DNA of 64,000 bases from Okamejei kenojei (taxonomy: Eukaryota), in the NCBI GenBank assembly GCA_035221665.1, contig CM069160.1:22072001-22136000 (forward strand), given 5' to 3'. A model generated the notes under the pieces. It searched no databases and was not told the origin of the DNA. It worked only from the letters and a program-made list of their open reading frames with translations. The position numbers were made by a program, and so were the translations under genes. Below, piece by piece: positions 51,715 through 62,939 of the stretch (position 1 is the stretch's first letter; the number at the start of each line of letters is the position of its first letter).

Positions 51715-52745
51715 GTAGGAAGAAACTGCAGATGCTGGTTTACACCGAATATAGGCACATAATTCAAGAGGAACTCAGCGGGATATGCAGCGTATCTGTG
51801 GAGAAGGAATGAGTGAGAATTTCGGGTCGAGATGCTTCTTCAGAATTATATCAGGGGAGAGGGAGATACATAGATAAGAAAGTGTACGGTGTGAAAACGG
51901 TGCATCGTTAGCTGGTATAAGGTAACATCAAAACAAACAGCGATATAGACAATAGGGAATAGATAATAGACAATAGAAAACAGGTGCAGGTGTAGGCCAT
52001 TCGGCCCTTCGAGCTAGCACCGCCATTCAATGTGATCATGGCTGATCCTGCCTTCTCCCCATATCCCCTGATTCCGCTATCTTCAATAGCCCTATCAAAC
52101 TATCTCTTGAATGTATCCAGTGAATCGGCCTCCACCGCCCTCTGAGGCAGAGAATTCCACAGACTCTCAACTCTCTGTGTGTAGAAGTATTCCTCGCCTC
52201 CGTTCTAAATGGCTTATCCCTTATTCTTAAACTGTGCCCCCCTAGTTCTGGACTCCCCCAACATCGGGAACATGTTTCCTGCCTCTAGCGTGTCCAAACC
52301 CTTAATAATCATATATGTTTCAATTATCCTTCTAAACTCCAGAGTGCACAAACCCAGCCGCTCCCTTCTCTCAGCATATGACAGTCCCGCCATCCCGGGA
52401 ATTAATCTTGCCAACCTACGCTGTCCTTCCTCAAATTAGGGGACCAAATCTCCACACAATACTTCAGGTTTGGTCTCACTACGGCCCCATATAACTCCAG
52501 AAGGACCACTTTGCTCATGTACTCAACTACACTTATTATAAAGGGCAACATGCCTTTCGCTTTCTTCACTGCCAGCTGTACCTACAACCTCACTTTCATT
52601 GACTGATGAACAAGGACCCCTCAGATCCCGCTGTACTTGGTAAAATGTAGTAGGAGACTGAAAGTGGTCTGAGATCTGGGTAGAGAAAGGGACGGAGGGA
52701 AAGGGAAATCTAAGGATACATGAAGTTAGAAAGTTCAATGTTAAA
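51715..52745 (-). mobile_element. Older PLE 3' end interrupted by a CR1 (51945-52638)
   Basis: GGAAGAAACTGCAGATGCTGG...TTTCGGGTCGAGATGCTTCTTCAG; the PLE resumes at TAAAATGTAGTAGGAG, collinear with the reverse complement of the 20.3-kb copy. Confidence 0.7.
51945..52638 (-). mobile_element. CR1 3' portion with (AATAGAC)-type tail
   Basis: RLIPGMAGLSYAERRERLGLCTLEFRR...KGLDTLEAGNMFPMLGESRTRG; homologous to 29768-30485. Confidence 0.9.
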
Positions 52746-53097
52746 GTTACGGATGCAGTCACGGATTTCGTCCCTCGGCTGCAGTCACGGTTTTCGTCCC
52801 AAGAAGGTGGAAAGCGAGAGCAAGAGAAAGCCTCAGAAAGCAGTGAACGAATAGGTATATTAAATCGTTCTTGAAAGGGTATTTGTAATAATTGGGGCAC
52901 AACATGACATATGCCAAGGCGTTTCTACAAATGGTATATCCTCGAACCACATGGACATGGTTTTAAATTAAATCTGAGGTAAGATAAACATGAAGTGCAA
53001 ATAAAATACCTCTCGTATAGTATAGTGAATCTGGGATTCTCAATTTCGCCCCTCTGTCCATGTAGAAAATCGTAAAACGATTTAGTTTACTATTGCC

Positions 53098-53297
53098 TAA
53101 GAAGGAAATGCAGTGCTGGAAAATCGAAGGTAGGCAAAAATGCTGGAGAAACTCAGCGGGTGAAGGCAGCATGTATGGAGCGAAGGAAATAGGCAACGGT
53201 TCGGGTCGAAACCCTTCTCAGACTGAAGGTGCCTATTTCCTTCGCTCCATGGATGTTGCCACACCCGCTGAGTTTCTCCAGCGTTTTTGTCTACCTT
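53098..53297. mobile_element. Fold-back element built from two inverted PLE ends
   Basis: Arms 53128-53196 and 53230-53297 are reverse complements; the loop holds a mutated minus-strand hammerhead. Confidence 0.85.
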
Positions 53298-53369
53298 AGC
53301 TTGTTATTAACCCGTGTACCGAGTTACAGCATATAGGTTTGTTTTGCGTGCCATACATTCAAAGAACCT

Positions 53370-53555
53370 TTGCATGAATACAATCTGTGCACAGAGCACA
53401 GGTAAAGGATAGACCATAAAGGATTGATTATGCAGCTGGCCTTGCCGAGGCAGCGAGATGTACAGATGGAGTCAATGGAAGGGAGGCCTGGGCTACGTCC
53501 ACAACTCTGCAATTTCGTGCGTTCTTGCATCGAACAGTTTGTGATGCAATAGCTG
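53370..53555 (-). mobile_element. Decayed Rex1 3' fragment
   Basis: LPSIDSICTSRCLGKASCII. Confidence 0.6.
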
Positions 53556-54324
53556 GTAAAAAAAATGTAACCATATAAAACAAAACATTTTACCTGCATT
53601 CGATCTTTCCCGATCCTCTGTTGTGGCAAAGAGAAGGGAGTTGTAAACGTCGATGAGAAATATATGCTCTTCCAGAAATAACTTGTATAATCGTGTATAA
53701 TTCTTAATAATTCTACAGGGCCCAAACTATTAATTCAACTCATGCTTCTGATGTAATTATTAACCTTTAATTTAAGGTGCTAACCTCCAAGTGCAAACTA
53801 ACCCTTGCAGTTCGGTAAATTTATCGGGCGAATAAATACTTTTAAAGTTCATCTTTATATTATCTGTTTCCCTCTGTGTACCTGTGACATACGTATAAAC
53901 GGGGTAATGCTGTTTCTTGTTTTGCACAGCTATTGCTAGATTTCTCCGCGATAGATAAATCAAACGATTCACTGCCGTATATCTTAAGACATTTCTTCTA
54001 ATATCCGTCAAAGATATAAATCCCTTTCCCAAGACAGAAATCGTTGGTTATGACACTTTCCTCATGGGAATCAATAATCTTCCATCAAGCCCCCATCCCC
54101 GTAATATATTTGAACTGACATCTCATTGCAGCAAATCGGGAGAAATGAAGTTGGACGAACTGTAAACCTCTGTAGGAAAGGTTTTTCCATATTTGATATG
54201 GAAAGTTAGGGAGGACAAATATATCCACATTATAACCATCGTAGTCTTACCATTGCCCCATTAAAGATAATTTAGTTTCGTGCTGAAATCCTACCATCAT
54301 AAAATCCAGATTACTTGTCATCCT

Positions 54325-55595
54325 AGGTAGACAGAAAGGCTGGAGAAACTCAGCGGGTGAGCCAGCATCTATGGAGCGAAGGAATAGTGACGTTTCGGCT
54401 CGAGGCCCTTCTTCAGACTGATGTTGGTGTGGGGGGTGGGGGAGGGGAATGAATGAAAGAGGCGGAGACAGTAGCCCGTGAGAGAGCTGGGAAGGGGAGG
54501 GGAATGGGAGGGGAAGGAGGGAGAAAGCAAGGACTATCTAAAATTGGAGCAGTCAATGTTCATACCGCTGGGGTGTAAATTGCCGAAGCGAAATATGAGG
54601 TGCTGCTCCTCCAATTTGCCGTGGGCTCAATCTGACGATGTAGGAGGCGCAGGACGGAAAGGTTGGATTCGGAATGGGAGGCGGATTTGAAGTGCTGGGC
54701 CACCGGGAGATAAGATTGGTTAATGCGATCCGAGCGGAGGTGTTGGGCGAAGCGATCGCCAAGACCGGACTTGGTCTCACCGATGTAGAGCAGTTGACAC
54801 CAATAGATGACGTTGGAGGAGGTGCAGGCGAACCTCTGCCTCACCTGGAAAGACTGATTGGGTCCTTGGATGGAGTCGAGAGGGGAGGTAAAGCGTGTAG
54901 CATTTCCTGCGGTTGCAAGGGAAGTGTAGCATTTCCTGCGGTTGCAAGTGAAATTACCGTGGGGAGGGGGGAGTAGTTTGGGACGAATTGACCAGGGAGT
55001 TACGGAGGGAGCGGTCTCTGCGGAAATCCGGGATGGGAGGAAATGGAAAGATGTGGCCAGTGGTGGGATCCCGTTGGAATTGGCGAAAATGGCTGAGGCT
55101 TATCTGTTGTATGTGACGACTGGTGGGGTGGAAGGTGAGGACAAGGCGGAATCTGTCCTCGTTACGAGTGGAGGAAAGGGGAGTGAGAGTGAGCTGCGGG
55201 ATATAGCGGAGACCCTGCTGACAGCCTCCTCTATAGTCGAAGAGACGAACCGTCGTTCCCTAAAGGATGAGGATATCTCCGATGCCCTGGTTTGGAACTC
55301 CTCTTCCTGGGTGCACATGCGGCGTAGACGGAGCAATTGGGAGTAGGGGATAGAGTCCTTAGAGAAGCAGGGTGGGAAAATGTGTAGTCCAGATTGCAAT
55401 GGAAATCAGTGGGTTTGTAGTATATGTCGGCAATCGTCTGTCACCTGCGAAGTGACGTCTAGAAAGGGTAAGTGACGTCTATAGTGACGTCTAGAAAGGG
55501 TAAGGAGATGTCGGCAATAGTCCAGGTGAATTTCTGTGCCGGATGGACGTTAGTGGTGAAATAGATGAAGTCAGTGAGTTCTGCATGGGTGCACA
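54325..55595 (-). mobile_element. Neptune-type PLE, older subfamily (RT C-terminus to GIY-YIG and 3' end; hammerhead at 54389-54416)
   Basis: KDSIPYSQLLRLRRMC, RQRFACTSSNVIY...LYIGETKSGLGDRFAQH; internal tandem duplications at ~54895-54952 and ~55451-55502. Confidence 0.9.
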
Positions 55596-57342
55596 ATTAC
55601 ATAACTACATAAGGCATTGAATGATTTGTGCACGAAAATCAGGTCATAATCAATTTCCAAATTACACAATATCTTACCCATTATAACATACTTCGGCGTG
55701 TTTACCAGTTTTAAAATCTTCACATTTTATGTCTAAATTATGTTCCAAGTGTTATGTTGTTTCCCTGTCGCCCCGTTACATTATTTTTACAATGTCAATA
55801 TATATAGGAAAAGGGAAAATTAAGCACGCAACTATAACATAAATTAATTTAGTTCATCACCTTAATCGAACTGTCACAGACTACGCAGCCAAAATCCCGA
55901 CTCGTGTTCAGTTAAATTATCCTTGCCGGTTTCTGCTTTACATGTGCGTTTTCGTGTGAAATATATCGGAGGATTAGCCGGACATCGTTCTTGATAAATT
56001 CATGTTGAATATCAATACAACGCCAGCACGCAACGTTATAATTAAATGCCAGATGCCATAACTTACTGATAATATTTCGTAGCCTTTCAAGTTCTGTAAC
56101 ACAAAGGCACATTGCAAAGTTAGAAATTGCTGAGTACCTCCAAAGTTATTTCATCAGGGACATCAGTTACTTCCTGCATTTTCTTGTTTAGGTGTAACCC
56201 CAGTAACCTCGGCCTAACCTGACTCGATTGTTAATCTCAAATAACACGTATTGCGTGACATAGGAAGATAGATACAAATGTACGTCCCACTTGATTATTT
56301 CTGCCCATCAATCCAAATTGAATCTTACTTGACTACTATTCCCGCTTGATTGTGGCTCATTAATCGTCGTGTTTTAGCTATTACCCTCACGATTAAACAA
56401 GCCGTGTCGTTTCAACTTCAGCGTGCAGGTAGATTAATTTGAAATAGCGGCGTGGTATAGTTTTGTAGTGAAACGTAAGTGTTAACTAGTGTTTTACCGA
56501 AACTGTATTTGCTTGAAGAGCATACGTTTTAATATTCATCATGTACTCACGCTACCTGGACATCATGGTCAATGATATACTGTTTTTACTGCCACATGTT
56601 TATCATAGGTATTTTGTAACGGAAATATCAAAAGGCACGTAGATAAATCAGGAAATGCTTTACCTTCATCCTTTTGCTTAACCAATGCCTCTGACAATCA
56701 AAATAGAATATAAGATTACGTGCCATACGTGCACATTAGTCATATACTGTTATTAAATGGATGACATATAGAATGGTTTAACGTTCCATTCAGCTTCACA
56801 CGATTAATCACATGACATAGTTGACGCTACGCCTGCTTCAAAGTAGTCCTGGTTAATTTCATGCAGAATAACCTTCCGTACCATCCCATGTATTTCAATG
56901 CCTTCTGATTATATGGAATGCATGCCTTCGAATAATAATGTCAATACTCATGGTACCGTAAAAAGAAATTTAAGAAATACTTTCAAAAAACTTAAGACGT
57001 CACCTACGATATCACTACGCACCAACGGGATGAGCAAAGGAAATGCAAAGCAACCAGATCTTTAAAAGTCCAGTGACCTCGATAACTTGTCAATATGATC
57101 GATGTGCGTGCTTGCGAGTGTGCAAGTGGGCGTGTGTGTGTTGCAAATGTGTGTGTGTGATAGAAAAGTAAAACGGTGCAGTAGCGGGAAAGCAGCTTTA
57201 GTATGGTGGGCTGCACAGGTGTTGCCGCAGAGGTATTTGGGAAAAAATATAATCGGCTTTCGGATTCTATCGCGAAGGTGGAACTTTCGAAACAGCATTG
57301 TTATTTTGATTGGTCCGTTCTCCGTTAATCTCACGCATTAAT

Positions 57343-57722
57343 TTGGCGGGGTGGGATCTGCGCTGGAAGGCTCGTCGCCTGTGGGACCTCGCTCGAAGAC
57401 TCTTCGGGGCCCGCACTAAGACTCCTCGTTCGGCGGGACTCACTGGAAGGCCTGCGGGACGCGAGGAGCAAGGGTCGGTAGAAGGGTGAACCGGAGTAAT
57501 GCATCCAGCGCCTTTAAGGACGGATGTAGAAGGCGCACAGGGACAAACAATTCGCTGGGGTGGAGAGGGTTGTCGGTTCGGGGAACTGCCCCAGTACATC
57601 GCGTGCGCAGGCCAACAGGACTTCGAAAACTGGCGCCTAAAATGGCGGCGCCAGAAAGAGCTATTTATGTACAAATACTTTCACTGGGCAGTTGCATATG
57701 TGACAAGCAAAGTACCATTGGT
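57343..57722 (+). mobile_element. GC-rich non-coding insertion with a Rex1-like 3' end
   Basis: Abrupt GC rise; ends TTTCACTGGGCAGTTGCATATGTGACAAGCAAAGTACCATTG, resembling TTTCATTG...CATGTGACAATTAAA of the 10.3-kb element. Confidence 0.5.
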
Positions 57723-60091
57723 TCAGCATGGTAGCTTGCTCTTTTATATATCAAAGCCAGAAGCATTTCGCGAGTTTTGTATTCCGAGCGGAGCACATCG
57801 TTAGAAATAAGCAGGACATGCTTTATTCAGTTTATAGTTTAGCGTAATTAATGAAAGTCCACGTCCATTTTCCAAAGAAAGCAGGTGTCGCTGCTTACCG
57901 ACGTCCTTGCGAATGATTTCCAATTTGTCTAATTCTGAAATTAGAAAGTTAATTCTTTTCAGCTCTCCATATTTTTTCAACACGTACAGTACTCCCACGT
58001 AGCCACACACAGCACCCAAGACAAACATATTTTGCAATTATATCTGTTCGTACAACGTTGCACAGAGTTCCCACTTTCCAAAGTTATAAAGCTTGTTAGA
58101 CAATCACGCAGTTACCGTTAATACATGTGCCAGCATTTGTTCGCAGAGCATTACAAGGCCAAATTTGCCTTAAGTCCCAGTATGTAACCCAATAAACGGG
58201 GAAACAAAGAAAGACAATGTCAATAATGTAATTAAAAAACGTCCCTCATGTTGCGCACAATTGAAATGCACTTTTCATTCCATATTTACTTCACTGCGTG
58301 AGGTAATATGCATGGGTCCGCGTATGCACGCAAAATGTACTTCTGTAAATTTCCATTGCCCAACGACGACAGCGAACGAAATATACAGCATCAAGCGCCC
58401 TTCACAAAAAGGACCGAAATTATGTCACTGAATTTGGTGGGGAAAAGTCGATTCTCAGATCGTAAATATTACGCGGATGCACTAACCTGATTTCGATTCT
58501 TTTAAACGCAATTCTGAAAATTAAAAGTGGCATGGTATAAACATCGAAAGCAAAAAAAAACATAAAGTAGCACGAAGTTTAGCCAAATTACTGCTTATCA
58601 TCAACACCCTTCTGATTTTTATATTGATATAAACAACAATGTTGAGAAGTATAGCAGTTGAACCTTATGAAACATCTTTATTCTTGATTATGAGATTCCA
58701 AGACCTCTTAAGTTAGCTTGCAAGTAAAATAAAGCTTTAAAAGTCAATGTGTTGAAAGTGTCCCTTGGGCAACCAAATGGATTCGTACGTTGCCTTGTGC
58801 TGTGTTGTGACTGCGAGATATCAGACTGACTATAATACTAATCGATATTTTCGTCTTGTAGAGAACGGAAACGGGAAGAAACGAATGGAAAGAAACAAAA
58901 TACTGCAGTAACTCAGTATGACTTGGATGCATCCATGCAGAACATGCATGATGACATTTAGATTCGACATCGTTTTTCAGACTCAGGTCAGCGTACCAGA
59001 CTACAGCAACACCTCCATTGATGGCGGGTTTAATGGCAATGCTGGAATTGTCACTGTCTCTGCCTACCCGTATCTCCGGGCTGCTTTCATATCACGACCT
59101 TCAAGTAGTTTCGATACCAGCAGTACAAAATAAGTGTAATACTCCTTTAACCGTGGTGGCACGTAGATATGCGAACGCCAGTTAGTAGGTCTGGTGGTTT
59201 GAATAAAAATGAACTCTGCAAAGTTTCATAACCCAAGGCCTCCTCTCTCCCTTCACTTATGTTGACAGCCACTTTCAAATGTGTTTTCTTTTCCTTATAA
59301 CTGATGATCTTTACTTACCATCGTTTTTCAGATGTTCTGCAATTTCTAAAGATAATTAAGCCAGAATTATTGTCGAACAGTGAATATTGAAAGTAATGAA
59401 CGTGCAGAAAATTGCTACCATACTCAAATCATGAAGAATCTTTTCGCCACTCTCTGATTCTTTCGTACCTGCATCATTCTTCTTCAATTTATGAGCTATA
59501 AACAAAGAATAGATTTAGAACACAATAGAACACAAATAGTAAACACATTGTCATAATTTGCAGACTCTAACTTGCTTCACCCTTTTAATGACAAACCCAG
59601 CGGAAATCAAAAGCTGCAGTTGCTTTACGTATATAATCCTGGCAGATATACAGCAGCGTTGAGTGTAAAGCGAGGACGCATAGGACGTCTTGATCGTTTA
59701 ACTGAAGAGCTTCTTGCGGGGTACATTCTTTCCAGAACTATAATTATTAATTGACAACATAGGGACTGTTTTTGTAGCATGTATTTTGCCAACGATTTGT
59801 TTTCGATATGCATTTATCAAAGGCACCTAAACGTCGCAGTCTATTCTCACCTGTTTTCTCTAGCTCCTCTTTTATGTGCTCTAATTCTGAAAGAAAGAGC
59901 AAACTCTGTTGAAGAACCGTTTATTTGGCAATTTTGTATTTAATGTTGTAATTCTGTAATGCATTATAAAATAAATGGATATAAAGTCATTAAATAAATA
60001 ACTGTTAGATCTAAGAGAAGGGAGTGGGTTCCTACAATATACGAGAAATACATTTGCCAAACAAAGCCTTCGAGTAGTAGGATCATGAATT

Positions 60092-60257
60092 GAGTGATAC
60101 AGCGTAGAAAAAGGCCCTCCGGCCCGCCCACACCGGTCAACAATGTCCCAGCTACTCAAGTCCCATTTACCTGCTCTTCGTCCATAACCCTCCAAGCCTG
60201 TCCTATCCTGGTACCCATCGCCCTGTTTCCTAAAAGATGGGACAATCCTAGCCTCAT
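60092..60257 (-). mobile_element. CR1 3' UTR fragment
   Basis: Reverse complement resembles 7130-7270 and 29200-29360. Confidence 0.7.
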
Positions 60258-62637
60258 GGGGGGAGGGGGGGGTCTATGATCAAACAGACCTACTGCTCAA
60301 AATGTTACTCTGAGGGAGGTATAAACATGACAATTAATTTCTTCATTTGACAAGGCTAACTGCCCTAGAGATTCGGTAGAATAGCGACTCGGATACTGTG
60401 GGTAATATAGAGACGGTCTCTTGTTTTATTAATTCACCAATCATGTTTAACATTGTTTATTGTTGTTGTAACTACCCTTAACTAAACAGTTCCGAATTAT
60501 TGCAAAGCTGCCTGACGAGATTTCATAGGAGTTCATCAAATTATGCGAGTCGATAGTCGATAATATTTTTCCCATGCTACACATATTAACTTTGAGAGGG
60601 TGCATATTTAAAGAAGGGGGGGGGGGGGCGTTTAAAGAACAACTGCGGACAAGTGTTTCGACAAGAACGGGATGGCCTGGAATGCCCTCTCGGGCATGGT
60701 AGCGATTGATAAGTGACACGTGGACATGCGTATAGTGGAGATACATTAATCATGTGCAGACAGTTGTGTTTGGTTTACTTTGGCAACGAAACCACGCGGG
60801 TGTTAAACGGTCGTTACTGGCTTAACGTAGTCAAATACATTTCTTTAAATTAAGTGCCGCTGTGGCGTTGCCATCAATGCGTTCTTCAGGAAATGAAAAT
60901 GACTGTGGAAACTATATTTAGTGGAATTTCGAAAAACGTATCTTCGCCTGCATGCCGTTGTTGGAAAAAGCAACTGAGAAATGTCAAACAGCCGGTATAG
61001 TTTTTTTTTTTTTCAGGACGTAGACCACCATGTACAAACCAGACGGTTATCATATGTGTTGTTCATGTCCATATTATGACATGTTCATGCCAAGTAGAAC
61101 ATTTCGCTGTATTTGGACATGGTGTTATTAATTATATTTCAGGGGGCTTAAGCGTGAAATTGTGGATGTATTACCGAATTTTATTTTAACATTCCCGTGA
61201 GATATAGGAGTCACAAGAAATGGAGCATCAAATTAATGCCGATTTGCTATTCAATGCAAAATAAAAGCGCATTACTTCCATTGGGATAGCAGTGTGCTTC
61301 TCGATTAGTAGCAGCCAATTCGATCTTGCAAACTATTAATACGGCTATCAACAGAAAGGTAAAGTACTGGAGAATTCTCACCTTTAACTTTCACACTCAA
61401 AGCAGTTTCTGCAATGAAAAATATAAGAAAGAAAGACGATTACACGAAACATGTAGCCATAGGTGATAATGATACACTTCAGAAAATGATGATTGACTGA
61501 CACAGAAATTGCGTTGCTAAGTTGAAAACATTAGGTTTTCTAACATGGGTAGAAAGGCCCAACAAAATAAACGAAGTGGACCATCAGAATCAATATGCAG
61601 TATGTTATAGAATTGGAGTATGAAATGATAATGAGCTCCAAGCTTAACATAATTAATAGGTTTAGAAGTTGGCACTTCGTTCTGGGTCGTCTGTGTAGAT
61701 CGTTAATAACATTCGGGAAAAAAATTGAACAAGTTCTCATGGAAGTACCACAACCTGCGTAAGGTTAATTTTTTCAATTATTCAGTTGTGTTTTCGTCCT
61801 GGACAGATGTTCGCAGTGCTTCCCGTTTGGTGTAGAAATAAGTCAAGTACTCACAGTAGGAAAACTAATCCGGCACATTTATCATTTTCCCAAGAATAAT
61901 AAGCCATAAACAAAATTGAACATCAGCACCAGGATCTTGGAAAGAAGCGATGTTTTTTTTTCCCCCTCGTATACCACTTGTGCGAAATAAATGCATGTTT
62001 CGTTGTATCTGCCCGCTATTCTCTAGCTAAAAATGCCAGCATTGGGATGACACACGTGTAAACGGCATTTTGGTAAAATCCATGAAAGCCTACGGACCTT
62101 TCGCCTCCAGATCATCCTTGAGTTTCTTTATTTCTTTAAAAAAAGGAATGCACATTATTACAAGATATATGTATTTGTCACACTATTTTCTGTATTAGTC
62201 CATGATAATTTTGGCACAGCATACATTAGATGATAAATTCTCACGCTCACATGAAATAGGAAAATATGAATAGCAGTACTTTTCAAATTCATATTTAAAA
62301 AAATCGAAGAAATATCGAACAATGGTAAACCTGACACCATTTTTTTTAGCTTGCCTGTTTTCATTCCAACTTTATTATTTTCATTTTTTCCCCATTAAAA
62401 AAAAACGATTCCATTAATGAGAAAGATTACGTTGGTGTCAGGATCTCGTTTAATATGTGCCTTTATATAATGTAAGCAATACGTTCCAACGGCCAATTGA
62501 TTTGATGATTGTCGCTCATACCACTCTATATTTGGAGGGATATAATCGGATCAGCGGTAGCATAACGTTGATCATATCAGCCCTATCACGGACTGCTTGC
62601 TATTCCTTTCTACCACCTGCTTCTTAGACAGTAAACC

Positions 62638-62939
62638 CAGAGACTCCAACCCCAAGCACCTTCTGATCTGGAGATTCTCCCGCCTGGATCCCCTAGGAAA
62701 CTGCAGAGTCCAAACCTATGTGCGCGAAGCGCACATCACGAGCGCAAAGCGCGAAGTCCCTTGCGGCCGGGGTCCAGCTCTAGGGTTCTAGATGCTCTCT
62801 GGTGCTATTTTAGGCTTATTTTTGAGACACAAAGCCAGAGCGGGAGAAATTAAATCCCAAGCGGGAGAGCGGGAGATTTTGCGAAAATGGCCTTTCGGCG
62901 GGAGATCTCCCGCCGAAAGCGGGAGAGTTGGAGTCACTG
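62638..62939. mobile_element. Non-autonomous TIR element (MITE-like, 302 bp)
   Basis: TIRs CAGAGACTCCAAC / GTTGGAGTCACTG (12 of 13 match); flanks TAAACC / AAAACC; repeated subterminal GCGGGAGA. Confidence 0.7.

Noticed and set aside
57267-57804. 135-aa and 101-aa ORFs in a GC-rich block
   Set aside because: No domain or splice structure; better explained as a repeat insertion
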